A program made the translations under genes and the position numbers. From Candidatus Altimarinota bacterium (GTDB taxonomy: Bacteria; Patescibacteriota; Gracilibacteria; UBA4473): a DNA stretch of 64,000 nucleotides. The stretch is taken from contig OZ246423.1 of the NCBI GenBank assembly GCA_965231215.1, positions 800,001 to 864,000 of the forward strand. Reading direction: 5' to 3'. Numbering within the stretch: position 1 is the first letter of the stretch; the number at the start of each line of letters is the position of its first letter. A model generated the notes under the pieces. The model did no database searches. It saw nothing but the letters and a program-made list of their open reading frames with translations, and was not told the DNA's origin. This document shows positions 10,654-20,194 of the stretch, in pieces.

Positions 10654-11589
10654 TTAAAAGAAAAATCGAACAAGACTGTAGGCAGAGAAGATCACAATAA
10701 GAGCAATAACACAGCTAATAATTATATTTTTAGCTCGGTTCGTTCGTTCTTCATCGCCAAGACTAAGAACAAAATAGAGACTGGCAAAGACCATCATTAT
10801 TAGAGCTGCAGCAGCGGTAATAGTCAAGAGTGTGTTTACAAGTCCTACAATTTCTCTAATCCCTATAAGTACCCCTTGATTGGTAATAGCTTCTCTATTA
10901 GCTCCAGGGAGGAAGAATACGCCTCGTACTAGAATTTCAGCGCCTAAGATCATTACTACAGCTAGTAGGAAATTTTTTAAAAGTTGTTTTTCTTTTTCCC
11001 ATGATTCTTCTTTCCCTTCACTAGAAATAAGGACATATCCCGTAGAAACGAGTGAAAGTAGGGCTATTCCTCCAATGACGATTTGTATGAGGAGTTTTAT
11101 TTCCATAGCCTTTTGTTCTACAAGGTTGGTCACATTTTGATTTACCAAGAAACTATTGTTTACCTGCGTATCAGGGTTAAATACCAAGAAGGCGGCAATC
11201 TGCGCAATAGAAACGACAATCAACCCTAAAATAATATATCCAAATTCTTTCTGACTGTTCTTGATAAAGTCTTCTTTCCCTTCTGATACAATGAATCTTA
11301 TTCCAAGCATAACAAAGTAGAGTATAGCCACAATGCCAATAATGATATTGACGGTAGTAAGATTTTCTTTGGAAAATATAGAATATATAGCGGGTTTTAG
11401 GTCAGAGGTGCCAACCGCATTAGCGATTCGGTTGTTGGCCACAATGCTACCGCTATAAGAGCCACTTCCTGGTAAAGGAAGTGTGTTTTGGGCCATTAAT
11501 TCAGGCATGAAAAACATCATTCCTAGGGCAGCTAGAGCCCCGAGAAGCATGTGTTTTGGTTTTAGAAATGACATTAGTTTCAATTTCAT
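10654..11589 (-). CDS. membrane protein with three tandem VirB2/TrbC-like (T4SS pilin) repeats
   Basis: Start reassigned to MKLKLMSF (signal peptide follows); repeats SEGKEDFIKNSQK, SEGKEESWEKEK and SLGDEERTNRAK, each between TM helices. Confidence 0.75.
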   Translation of the reverse strand: MKLKLMSFLKPKHMLLGALAALGMMFFMPELMAQNTLPLPGSGSYSGSIVANNRIANAVGTSDLKPAIYSIFSKENLTTVNIIIGIVAILYFVMLGIRFIVSEGKEDFIKNSQKEFGYIILGLIVVSIAQIAAFLVFNPDTQVNNSFLVNQNVTNLVEQKAMEIKLLIQIVIGGIALLSLVSTGYVLISSEGKEESWEKEKQLLKNFLLAVVMILGAEILVRGVFFLPGANREAITNQGVLIGIREIVGLVNTLLTITAAAALIMMVFASLYFVLSLGDEERTNRAKNIIISCVIALIVIFSAYSLVRFFF

Positions 11590-11688
11590 TCTCGTAATTT
11601 TACCTGATTTTAGCACTTTTCTCAACAATTTTTTGACAAAAAGGACTTGCTTTATACAATCTCGTGGCTTTTTTGTTCTTTTTGGCTT

Positions 11689-11937
11689 ATGGACAAGTTT
11701 ATTGCACTGCTGTTGATTCCAGGCGGGATCCTCATGATTATCTACACAAAACCTATAGTAGATTTTACAGGTCGCTTCGACTTTGCAGAACGTTGGTTTT
11801 TGCAAGGGGGGACTTATACTTTTATCAAACTTTTAGGTTTGGGGTTGGCGATTCTGTCTTTCATGTACTTGGTTGGCGGTCTAGAGGCTTTCATTGGAAG
11901 CACTGTAGCCCCGTTTGTACCAGGTTTAGGTGCGTAA
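11689..11937 (+). CDS. small two-TM membrane protein
   Basis: MDKFIALLLIPGGILMIIYTKPIVDFTGRFDFAERWFLQGGTYTFIKLLG...; divergent from the pilin genes, with TACAAT upstream. Confidence 0.65.
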   Translation: MDKFIALLLIPGGILMIIYTKPIVDFTGRFDFAERWFLQGGTYTFIKLLGLGLAILSFMYLVGGLEAFIGSTVAPFVPGLGA

Positions 11938-12077
11938 GTAGACAAAAAAGTAACTCTCTTTAACCCAAATAAAAGCGAAGAGCGCCAAGCAACACTTTTA
12001 TGAAGAGAGGCGGAGGTTGCAGGGTACTGCAGTAAAGTTCTAACTTTATGGAAGTACGTAGCCACCGATAACGATAT

Positions 12078-12154
12078 GGGGCCTTAGCTTAGTTGGCTAG
12101 AGCGCCTGCTTTGCAAGCAGGAGGTCATCGGTTCGAATCCGATAGGCTCCACCA
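12078..12154 (+). tRNA. tRNA-Ala (UGC)
   Basis: GGGGCCT/AGGCTCC acceptor stem, CCTGC-TTTGCAA-GCAGG anticodon arm, GGTTCGAATCC T-arm, encoded CCA. Confidence 0.97.
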
Positions 12155-12155
12155 A

Positions 12156-12230
12156 GGGTGGGTAGCTCAGTGGTAGAGCATCTGGCTTTTAACCAGTTGG
12201 CCGCGAGTTCGATCCTCGCCCCACCCACCA
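12156..12230 (+). tRNA. tRNA-Lys (UUU); island integration target
   Basis: GGGTGGG/CCCACCC acceptor stem, CTTTTAA anticodon loop, GTTCGATC T-loop, ACCA end. Confidence 0.96.
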
Positions 12231-13813
12231 TAAGAGTTTTTCCACTTATTTGAATCCTCCCCCTCATTGGGGTTGGACTCAGAGTCAGAAGTGGATTTCT
12301 CAATCGTTAACCTCAGTTGAACATCATTCTTGGTAATGATGATTTTTCTGATTAGGAGCTGGCAAATAGCTCTCTGCTCTTGGTAGGAGAGGTTTTTTAG
12401 CCGGCTTTTGTACTGTGCGGAATAGTTTTTTAGCGTCTCTACTTTACGCTTTAAATCCGTGTTAGTAGCAAGTTCTGCCTCAATAAATTCCAATTCTTCT
12501 GAAGCATCTTTTTTGTTCTTAGCGTATATGGTAGCTTGCTCAGAGGCTTCTTCCATGCTGATTAACTCTCCTGAAACTAAGGTTAAAAAATTTGCCCTTC
12601 CTCGCTCTAGCGTCTCTAATTTAGCTTCAACTTCTTCCTTACGTGCTTTAAGTTTATTGATTCTGTCTTCCTTGCTCATCTCCTCTACGAGGTTTTCAAG
12701 CGTGCCTTTAGGATTGCTAATAATGCTGACTAATTTATCCCACACTAGAGTCTCTAATATTCTTTCTGAAATAGCTCCATTGGTACACTTCTCTCCCGTA
12801 TTCTTCTGTCGTGGACAACGGTAGTTTTTAGCCAACGTCCCACTCTTCATTTTTTGTGCGTATGGAGTCATTTTTCGTCCACAACAACCACAGTAAACTT
12901 TGTTTGAAAATAGGTACTCATGTTTAGCTCTATTGGAAGGGCGGTCAGCTTTGCGCTTCTTTTTCACTTTTTCAAATAGCTCCTCAGAAATTATTGAGGG
13001 ACATTCTAAAGGGATTTCTTTAAAGTAGTATCGCCCTATGTAGGCCTCGTTATCGAGTATTTTTCTTATCTGTCCCGGACTCCAACTGTAGGCAGGGTTA
13101 CGCTCCATACGGGTCTGTTCTTTCTCTGTCAGCGCTTCTTTAAGGTCACATCTTCGTGGTATCTTTAAAAGTTTGAGCTCGTCCCTTATTTTTTCGACAC
13201 TAAAGCCTTTGTTATACCAGTTAAAAATCTTCTGCACTATCTTCGATTCTTCTGGATGAACCTGCATAACACGGTTTTCATCAGATAAATAACCAAAGGG
13301 AATCGTTCCACCAACATATCGCCCTTTCTTAGCTGCAGCAATTTTCCCATTAAGAGTGCGTTCCATAATAAGACTTCTTTCGAACTCCGCTAACATGGCA
13401 AAAATTTGAAACATAAGTTTTCCCACGGCAGTTGTATCAAAGTGTGGTTCACTCACCGAAATAAATTGAATTTCTTTGCCTCCAATCTTCTCAACGGTCT
13501 CTAGCAACAAACGAGTATTTCTAAACAAACGGTCTATGCGATAAACCATAACCGCATCAACTTCTTTACGCTCTACCTTTTCCATTAGCTTTTTTAGCTG
13601 AGGCCTTTCGTCTACTTCTAAACTTCCTGAATAGCCCTCTTCCTGAAAGATGTTCTCTGGCTTTAATTCCCACTTCACTCCAACATCATTTTGGTTTTTC
13701 GATTTTATGTATTCCTTAATTTTTGCCTTTTGAGCATCAAGCCCAAATTTTTGTACTTGCTCATCCGTTGAAACACGAATGTAAGCAGCGATTTTAATAA
13801 TTTTTTTAGTCAT
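12167..13813 (-). CDS. large serine recombinase (integrase)
   Basis: YIRVSTDEQ catalytic Ser motif, YRIDRLFRN, FAMLAEFERSLIMER, GRYVGGTIPFGY recombinase domain, Zn ribbon (YCGCCG...YRC...KC), coiled coil; C-terminus overlaps tRNA-Lys antisense. Confidence 0.93.
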   Translation of the reverse strand: MTKKIIKIAAYIRVSTDEQVQKFGLDAQKAKIKEYIKSKNQNDVGVKWELKPENIFQEEGYSGSLEVDERPQLKKLMEKVERKEVDAVMVYRIDRLFRNTRLLLETVEKIGGKEIQFISVSEPHFDTTAVGKLMFQIFAMLAEFERSLIMERTLNGKIAAAKKGRYVGGTIPFGYLSDENRVMQVHPEESKIVQKIFNWYNKGFSVEKIRDELKLLKIPRRCDLKEALTEKEQTRMERNPAYSWSPGQIRKILDNEAYIGRYYFKEIPLECPSIISEELFEKVKKKRKADRPSNRAKHEYLFSNKVYCGCCGRKMTPYAQKMKSGTLAKNYRCPRQKNTGEKCTNGAISERILETLVWDKLVSIISNPKGTLENLVEEMSKEDRINKLKARKEEVEAKLETLERGRANFLTLVSGELISMEEASEQATIYAKNKKDASEELEFIEAELATNTDLKRKVETLKNYSAQYKSRLKNLSYQEQRAICQLLIRKIIITKNDVQLRLTIEKSTSDSESNPNEGEDSNKWKNSYGGWGEDRTRGQLVKSQMLYH

Positions 13814-13929
13814 TTTAATAAAAAGTTAATTGATAATGTTTTAGGTTCGTTAAAACCTTTAAAAATTCCGCTTCTAACGGATTTTGGTTGAGCATTAAGC
13901 TCTTTGTTCGTTTTTTGTCCTAAAGCCTG

Positions 13930-14355
13930 TTAGGGCTTAGAATTTAAAAGACCCTTTACTGTATGCAAAGGATTGTGGTTAGTTTGTTTCCATTTCTGGA
14001 AATCAATGTGTGACTGTCGAGTTGCTTTCTCAACCAGTTCATCAAATACACCTTGTTCATAGGCATACTTCTGAAAAGTAATAAGTTGGCTCTCGCAGAT
14101 AGTGGATAATCCTTCAGCTTTCCAAACTAAGTATTTAGGTTCTAGCATTTCAAAAGTGTCACATTCTCCTGTTGCTATACAACGAACCTTTGCTGTTTCT
14201 ACCTCCATATCTTCGACATATCTCATGGCCTCATCTAACACTGCTGATTTTTTGTCGAGGTCATACATAAAATAAATAGACCAAACTAGCGGGACAAATC
14301 CCGCCAAGAACCCATACAAAGTGTGTTTTATTCGGTCTTTATTCCAACCTTTCAT
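13930..14355 (-). CDS. hypothetical single-TM protein (island)
   Basis: ORF with an N-terminal hydrophobic helix. Confidence 0.6.
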   Translation of the reverse strand: MKGWNKDRIKHTLYGFLAGFVPLVWSIYFMYDLDKKSAVLDEAMRYVEDMEVETAKVRCIATGECDTFEMLEPKYLVWKAEGLSTICESQLITFQKYAYEQGVFDELVEKATRQSHIDFQKWKQTNHNPLHTVKGLLNSKP

Positions 14356-14429
14356 CACTAACCATTATATTTTTTAGTTGAAATGTTACAACTATTTATG
14401 TGACAGAATCAAGATAAAATGGTTTTTTG

Positions 14430-14645
14430 ATGAGACAAGAAATCAAGGAACCAAAATTACTTTCTAGCGGAGACGCTAGGAAGCTGCTTGGCATTTCTTA
14501 TCAGGCCATAGAAAAGCTTGTAGACTCTGGAAAGCTTCCTTTTTTCAGTACTTCTTCAGGTAAAATTTTTAGAGAAAGCGATGTCCTAGTGATTCAAAGC
14601 GAACGAGAGGCAAAAGCGAAAACCGACAAGCGGGTTAAACTCTAG
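14430..14645 (+). CDS. excisionase-like / MerR-type HTH DNA-binding protein
   Basis: LLSSGDARKLLGISYQAIEKLVDSGKLPFFSTSSGKIFRESDV fits the HTH_17/Xis pattern. Confidence 0.75.
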   Translation: MRQEIKEPKLLSSGDARKLLGISYQAIEKLVDSGKLPFFSTSSGKIFRESDVLVIQSEREAKAKTDKRVKL

Positions 14646-14648
14646 TAG

Positions 14649-15404
14649 CTATTGTTCTAACTCAAAAACCCAGTATTTAAATTTACATGGAGGGTTTAAG
14701 TTTCTTCCTAGCTCTTTTTGAGTGAGGCCTAAGAACCTCAACATCATATCTTCAAAAAGGTATCTGAAACCTGAAACAAATACATCCAAAAAGTATTCCA
14801 AATCTTTCATCTCAGAGAACTCAGATTCGTAAACTCTTTTCGCATGTTCATATCCCTTAGGGGTTAGAGAGCGAGATAGCCCAGACAGTCCGCCATGGTG
14901 AGTTATACCGTTTCTGATATGACTAATTAGTTCAGCACAGTCTAGCGACATTTGTACGTCAAAGTCTTTATAAACCATATCAAACAATGGCTTAACTACC
15001 CGACCTCCAACCTGTCCCATTCCGCCACTTTCGGGGAACTCCGCTCGATATATGTAGCCCTCTAGTAACATCAAGGCATAAGCAAATTGTAAACGTGCTT
15101 TCTCGCTCTGTACAAAATTAGGTGATTGCATTTCTAGATAGTAGTCATACATGTAAGCCATAACCCCATCATGCTTTTTCTGCCACTCATCGCTTGTGAT
15201 AGTGGCAAAAATTTTATGAATATTTCTGATATTAGTGTTTGGGTCAAAATCAAAGGTTCTCTCGACGATTCTTATGACGAGGTCTAAGTCTTGCCCAAGA
15301 TATATAGCCCCAAGTACAGAACTACCTTCGACTGATAGGTCTTCTGGTTTATAACCGTCTGGGGCGGGTACGGTGTATTCTTCTTTAGTTGGCATCTTGT
15401 TCAA
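14649..15404 (-). CDS. hypothetical protein with HEPN-like Rx4H motif
   Basis: FAYALMLLEG helix followed by IRNGITHHG. Confidence 0.6.
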   Translation of the reverse strand: MNKMPTKEEYTVPAPDGYKPEDLSVEGSSVLGAIYLGQDLDLVIRIVERTFDFDPNTNIRNIHKIFATITSDEWQKKHDGVMAYMYDYYLEMQSPNFVQSEKARLQFAYALMLLEGYIYRAEFPESGGMGQVGGRVVKPLFDMVYKDFDVQMSLDCAELISHIRNGITHHGGLSGLSRSLTPKGYEHAKRVYESEFSEMKDLEYFLDVFVSGFRYLFEDMMLRFLGLTQKELGRNLNPPCKFKYWVFELEQ

Positions 15405-17880
15405 TTTTTTCCAAAAATTTCCAAATCAGACTTTCTGGAGTTCTTTCGTCAAACTCTTTAAAAAGAGTTTCATATGTTGCATCGAACCAATTAAAGTAGC
15501 CTGATTGGTCTGACAACCTCCACAATTGATTTCCTCGTGAATAAAAATCTCTACTTCTTTCTGGATAAAAAGAATGGTTAAAAGAACCACGCTCAACAAA
15601 CTCAGAATTTTCTTTCAGAAATTGCTTCAGCCTTTTATACAGTGGGTTGTTACTTCTCAGGTAAACATCAAGCCAGAATCCGTACATTAACAGTCTTTTG
15701 TAGAGATGTCTTCTCCTATGACAGTGCTCATCATTTTGTTCATTAAGTGATTCAAAATAATGGATAACTCTATCAATAGAGCGTTCTAGTAAAGCTTTAT
15801 GGTTCTCATCGCTGTAATAATCTTTAACAGCAATAGCTATAATTACCGAAAATTCATCTATACAATTCACCGGAAAAAATGTTCTTTCCAAATAACGATA
15901 TCTCACATCAAAAAGGAAAGAGAAATCGACCAAAGTTTTCCTTAACTGTCTCTTCAAACTTTCATTCTCTGTTTTGTGGTATGTGCCATGGACTAGAGCA
16001 AAGAGGTGCATTGTCGCCCCAACCTGTTCTTTTTTCAGAGCCTCTTTATCATCTTCACCAACCGAATTTGCTTCTCCTGCAACGTTTAAAAGAAGCCAAA
16101 ACAAATCTCTGTGTTTGTACTGGATAGCTTCTTTTTGTTCATTTGTTAAAGTGCTTTCGATACCTGTTTGAGCTATGATTCTAGAAACAACATCAAAAAT
16201 ATTTTTATAGAGTTGAGAGTCCAACGACTTCTTTGCTGAGATAGAAGATTTGTGGAGGCTGATTAGAGCCTCTTGAGAACCTCTTTTGGCATCATCAAAA
16301 AATTGTCCCCAATGGCGCTGGTCTGAGGTTTTAAGACTTTCTAAGACAATTTCCAACATAGACTGAACTGACTGCAGGCACTTAGATTGAGCCCATCCAA
16401 TCATGTGCGGCTTAAGGACTCCTGATTCTTTAATAATTGCTGGTATAGCGGCAAAATAAGTGGCTAAAGACTTTAGATGTTCCAACACAAAAGTTGCCTT
16501 TATAAATTCTTCCTTTTCGACGTACACTGAGGCGATTTTTTTAAGGTAGGCTATACTCATTCCTGTAGCAGGCGTATTTTCTTTAGCAAAAGACTGAGTA
16601 GCGAAATCTTCTAGTAAATCCTCGAGGAGGCTCGTTACTTGAGCGCTATTTATGTGGAACTCTTCGTCTGAAACATTCTCTAGAAGTAGCAAAGAAGTTT
16701 CCCCAACAAAGTGAACTATCACCTCTATTCCATCCTCGTAGTTAAGATTAAGAGCCTTTTTGAAAAGTAGCTTAGTCTCCGGATACATCACCTCTGATAT
16801 GTACTTATCGCTAGAACTCCATACAAACCCTCGTTTTTGAATGTAGAAGCGATTAATTTCATACAACGCAGAGAAAACACCATCAAGTGAGTCAAATTGC
16901 TCGCTGGCAAGCTTAGCGTTCGCTACACGATAAAGAATTTTTAACTGAGGCAGTATGTCCTCAAAGTCTTGGTCTAAAATATTGAATCTGCGTTCTCCTT
17001 CAAAAAACAAATATTGGGCTTTGTAGTCCCGTTGCCTACCATCAAGGAAATAAAACCATGAGTGAATTATGTTCACAGGAGCGAATAACCAATTTCTAAT
17101 TTTCACTCGTTTTGGTATTCCTTCAGTCAAAATATCCATCCTATTTAGGTCTGAAGGGATGTGTGGTCTTGGGTAAAAACGCAAGCTCAACTGTTTCTTT
17201 AGAGCTTTTGTAAAGTATGCTATTACGTTTTGTTCTGGAGCTGAATAGTCACGAAAACTTTTTACTATGAACGCAAACAGGGCTACCGTAAAAGTAAAAA
17301 CTTGGGCAATTACAGAGTAGTCAAATGGCAAAAATTCTGTTTTAACTTCTTCTGTTAACACTGCCTTCTGAAGGATAAATAAAAGCGAAAAGGCTAATAA
17401 AACAGATAAAATCAGGTAAACAACAAAGAATTTATTAGTTGTGTTAAAAGCATAGGCTCGAGCAATATTGCCGTGCCATTCTTTAGAAATCCTGCTTATG
17501 ATATCTAAGAAAAATGGAACTCCTAAAGCTAGAACTCCAATCAAAAGCGCTAGATAGCTTTCAAGAATTCTAAGGGTTAAATCATTTATGCTTTTGGGAG
17601 TATTTGCAAAAACAAAAAACCAAGTCACTACTCCGATTAGTACCAAAATCTCAGTAATATTTTCTTTAAGGAAGACCATGATTCTTGATTGTGTGGCTTC
17701 CCATCTACCAGAATCCATAAAGATAGCCTCTCCTGAAACAAACAAAATTAGCCCTAGAATCGTTAATGTTTCATAGCTAACCCCAAAGACCACCATCGCA
17801 AAAATAATCGCTGAGTATACCCCTATCTTGACAGGTAAAACTCGCAGATGGTTCAACAGGACATTTCTATCTAAGTTCAT
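15385..17880 (-). CDS. large membrane protein (N-terminal multi-TM, long helical C-terminal domain)
   Basis: 831-aa ORF with ~5-6 hydrophobic segments in the first ~210 aa; overlaps both neighbours. Confidence 0.75.
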   Translation of the reverse strand: MNLDRNVLLNHLRVLPVKIGVYSAIIFAMVVFGVSYETLTILGLILFVSGEAIFMDSGRWEATQSRIMVFLKENITEILVLIGVVTWFFVFANTPKSINDLTLRILESYLALLIGVLALGVPFFLDIISRISKEWHGNIARAYAFNTTNKFFVVYLILSVLLAFSLLFILQKAVLTEEVKTEFLPFDYSVIAQVFTFTVALFAFIVKSFRDYSAPEQNVIAYFTKALKKQLSLRFYPRPHIPSDLNRMDILTEGIPKRVKIRNWLFAPVNIIHSWFYFLDGRQRDYKAQYLFFEGERRFNILDQDFEDILPQLKILYRVANAKLASEQFDSLDGVFSALYEINRFYIQKRGFVWSSSDKYISEVMYPETKLLFKKALNLNYEDGIEVIVHFVGETSLLLLENVSDEEFHINSAQVTSLLEDLLEDFATQSFAKENTPATGMSIAYLKKIASVYVEKEEFIKATFVLEHLKSLATYFAAIPAIIKESGVLKPHMIGWAQSKCLQSVQSMLEIVLESLKTSDQRHWGQFFDDAKRGSQEALISLHKSSISAKKSLDSQLYKNIFDVVSRIIAQTGIESTLTNEQKEAIQYKHRDLFWLLLNVAGEANSVGEDDKEALKKEQVGATMHLFALVHGTYHKTENESLKRQLRKTLVDFSFLFDVRYRYLERTFFPVNCIDEFSVIIAIAVKDYYSDENHKALLERSIDRVIHYFESLNEQNDEHCHRRRHLYKRLLMYGFWLDVYLRSNNPLYKRLKQFLKENSEFVERGSFNHSFYPERSRDFYSRGNQLWRLSDQSGYFNWFDATYETLFKEFDERTPESLIWKFLEKIEQDAN

Positions 17881-18193
17881 TCAAAAGGCTTATGGATAAG
17901 TGAACCAAGTAGACAAATAGCACCGCTATGAGAGCACCTAAAAGCCAAATGTTTAGCAGACTCTTAACAACTTCGTATAAGGGCAGATGACTATTACCAA
18001 TTAATACTGTTGGTAGTGTAAACCATATGTCAATGTAGCCTAAAGCTATCGAAAGCCCCCCCCAAAGCAGAAAGTAGATAGCAACTCTAAAAATAATTGA
18101 GTAAAAATGCTGCCATAGGCTTAGAAGGGTGGACAGAAAAGATAGTAGTAATTTCTGTGCCTGGACTTTTATCATCTCTTCTATTTTGTTCAT
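17867..18193 (-). CDS. small membrane protein (island)
   Basis: 108-aa hydrophobic ORF that overlaps the start of the 831-aa gene. Confidence 0.6.
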   Translation of the reverse strand: MNKIEEMIKVQAQKLLLSFLSTLLSLWQHFYSIIFRVAIYFLLWGGLSIALGYIDIWFTLPTVLIGNSHLPLYEVVKSLLNIWLLGALIAVLFVYLVHLSISLLNELR

Positions 18194-18211
18194 ACTTTAA
18201 ATCATAGCTAC

Positions 18212-19147
18212 TTAGACTATTTTTTCTACTTTCGATTCTAGGTCCTCAAACCTGTTCTGCGTATAGATAGCGGTAGTGTTTAGGTTAGAGTGTCCTAGAA
18301 TCTGAGAGAGTGCCACGAGGTCTGAAGGATTCTTTTTGAGAAAGGAATAGGCAAAGGTATGGCGTAGTTGGTGAGGGCAGGTTTTTAATCCTGCTTTTCG
18401 AGCGTACTTCTCCACTATCTTATTTACCCCTAGTGTCGTGAGGTCTCCTCGCTGTCCCTGAAAGATTCTGGAGTGGCTCCCTATGAGTTCTTTCTGCTGT
18501 TCATAGAATTCATTAAAAACAGTCCTCAGTTTTAAGTTCATAGGGATTTTTCGGCTCTTTGTCCCTTTGCCACACCTTATCAGTATAAAGCCACTCCTAG
18601 GCGAGATATGTACGTCTGAATGATTCAATGATACTAGTTCTGAACATCGTAGTCCCGCCCACAAGAAGCAGCTAAAAATCAGTTGGTCTCTTAGATTCCC
18701 TCTCAGCTCAACCTCTCTCATCAGTCTGCGTGCTTCAGCTTCGGTTAATGACTTTGGGGCTAAGGCTACGTTCTGTACTAATTTGAGGTTGTCCGTGAGA
18801 TTTTTTTCAATAAACCCAAGTTCATGAGCCGTTTTAAAGAGTGTTTTTAGGCTGGAAATATGTCGGTTGATAGTGGAAGGCTTATACCGCCGTATAAGTA
18901 ATTCCTTTTTGAAATCTAGGAGGTCTGAAAAGGTGCAACGGTCAAAAGAAAAGGGCTCATGGTTAGTACTCTTGAACCACAATAGAAACTTCTTACTGTC
19001 TGCCATGAAAGCAGCCTTAGTATTTCTAGAGGTGTCCTTGGTAAGAAGTACGTTTTCAATGATTCGTTCTAGGTCAGATTTTGCTCGTCTGACTTTATTT
19101 AGCGAGTTTTGAGGGGGATAAATAATACCTTGGGGGGTGTTTTGCAT
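18212..19147 (-). CDS. tyrosine recombinase (XerC/D-like, with SAM-like N-domain)
   Basis: GLRCSEL (R), GKGTKSR (K), HQLRHTFA (HxxR), LGHSNLNTTAIYT (H, Y) catalytic residues. Confidence 0.93.
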   Translation of the reverse strand: MQNTPQGIIYPPQNSLNKVRRAKSDLERIIENVLLTKDTSRNTKAAFMADSKKFLLWFKSTNHEPFSFDRCTFSDLLDFKKELLIRRYKPSTINRHISSLKTLFKTAHELGFIEKNLTDNLKLVQNVALAPKSLTEAEARRLMREVELRGNLRDQLIFSCFLWAGLRCSELVSLNHSDVHISPRSGFILIRCGKGTKSRKIPMNLKLRTVFNEFYEQQKELIGSHSRIFQGQRGDLTTLGVNKIVEKYARKAGLKTCPHQLRHTFAYSFLKKNPSDLVALSQILGHSNLNTTAIYTQNRFEDLESKVEKIV

Positions 19148-19442
19148 CTGTTTAAGGGTTAAAAAGTAAAAATAAGGATAATTATTTAGCGAGTATAAGT
19201 TCGCTTAGTACCAGTATCAAGGTAGAAAGGGGGTAGGTAGGTCACTCACTTGGAACGATGTATGGCGCTGTGTTTTATGAAATTTGTCAAAGTTGAGATT
19301 TGTGCAAAGTTCAGCCAATTTTGAATACCGAAATGTCAAAGAGCAGATGTTAAATCAAGGTAGACTTTTCCCAATACTGAATGACTTTATATTTCCAGTT
19401 CAGTAAAGGCTTAGTGCTATTTTTTGATTTAGGCTTATGAGC

Positions 19443-19895
19443 TTAAAACTCATCCAGAGAGAAAAAGTAGCCTTGGTGTAAATGGCTTGGAAGTACTTCA
19501 TCTTCTACGTCTTGAACCAGGTTCTTCATCAACTTCAAGCATCCCGTTATAGTTTTTGATTTCACCAGGTGCGTTTGTTGACTGTTAACGAACTTCGTCA
19601 CTTCTAACTTGTAAAACTCCTGTCCTACAAAGCGGTAGATACGAATGAGGTAGTAGCCATTGTTGTAAACTACTAAGACTTTTCTTCCCTCGGAGTACTT
19701 GTCACAGCTAGGCTTTTTGAGAAGCACTAGAGCTGGGAGTAGTAACCTTTTTTGTTGAGGTGGTATATCTTCCAACTCTTTGACTGAGAGAGCGGATATG
19801 CGCATTAAGACGCTCTCCATAGTCCAGTTAGGTAGAAGCCCTGCCACCTCTAGTTTTTTCGCACTATGTGCGTGTACAAAAAACCGGTCATTCAT
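19443..19895 (-). CDS. hypothetical protein (island)
   Basis: 150-aa ATG ORF. Confidence 0.6.
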   Translation of the reverse strand: MNDRFFVHAHSAKKLEVAGLLPNWTMESVLMRISALSVKELEDIPPQQKRLLLPALVLLKKPSCDKYSEGRKVLVVYNNGYYLIRIYRFVGQEFYKLEVTKFVNSQQTHLVKSKTITGCLKLMKNLVQDVEDEVLPSHLHQGYFFSLDEF

Positions 19896-20031
19896 TTGAA
19901 TGTTGGGTTAAGAAATTTTTGGCAGGCACAACAGTCTCCACTACGGCCTCCATAATCTCGGTGCAGTCTTCTGCATCGCCCGAGAAGGAGATTTTTAGTG
20001 TGAGCTCGTCAAGACTTCTTTTGCTTGCCAT
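19888..20031 (-). CDS. 47-aa small protein not in the ORF track
   Basis: MASKRSLDELTLKISFSGDAEDCTEIMEAVVETVVPAKNFLTQHSNE*; its stop overlaps the ATG of the 150-aa gene (ATGAATGA), suggesting translational coupling. Confidence 0.5.
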   Translation of the reverse strand: MASKRSLDELTLKISFSGDAEDCTEIMEAVVETVVPAKNFLTQHSNE

Positions 20032-20054
20032 GCGCTAACTAAAACACACATGGG

Positions 20055-20082
20055 TCGCCAAAACCTCGCCATTAAGTCGCCA
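20055..20082. promoter_or_regulatory. three TCGCCA direct repeats at 11-bp period (putative wHTH operator)
   Basis: TCGCCA at 20055, 20066 and 20077; extra copies at 20150 and inverted at 20180. Confidence 0.55.
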
Positions 20083-20194
20083 TAAGAGGGTTACATTTAA
20101 TAGCACTTAAAAGCACTCTTAGAGAGACTTAAGTTGATTTTTACAAATATCGCCAACCTGAAACTTCTTCTATGTTTTTTGGCGACTATTTTGG

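Noticed and set aside
10654-11805. Full 383-aa N-terminus in the ORF track (likewise the 37167, 48087, 51418, 55288 and 59518 starts)
   Set aside because: The upstream extensions overlap other genes or promoters; downstream ATGs give proper signal peptides or family N-termini.
12097-12303. 68-aa minus-strand ORF over the tRNAs
   Set aside because: Antisense translation of tRNA-Ala and tRNA-Lys.
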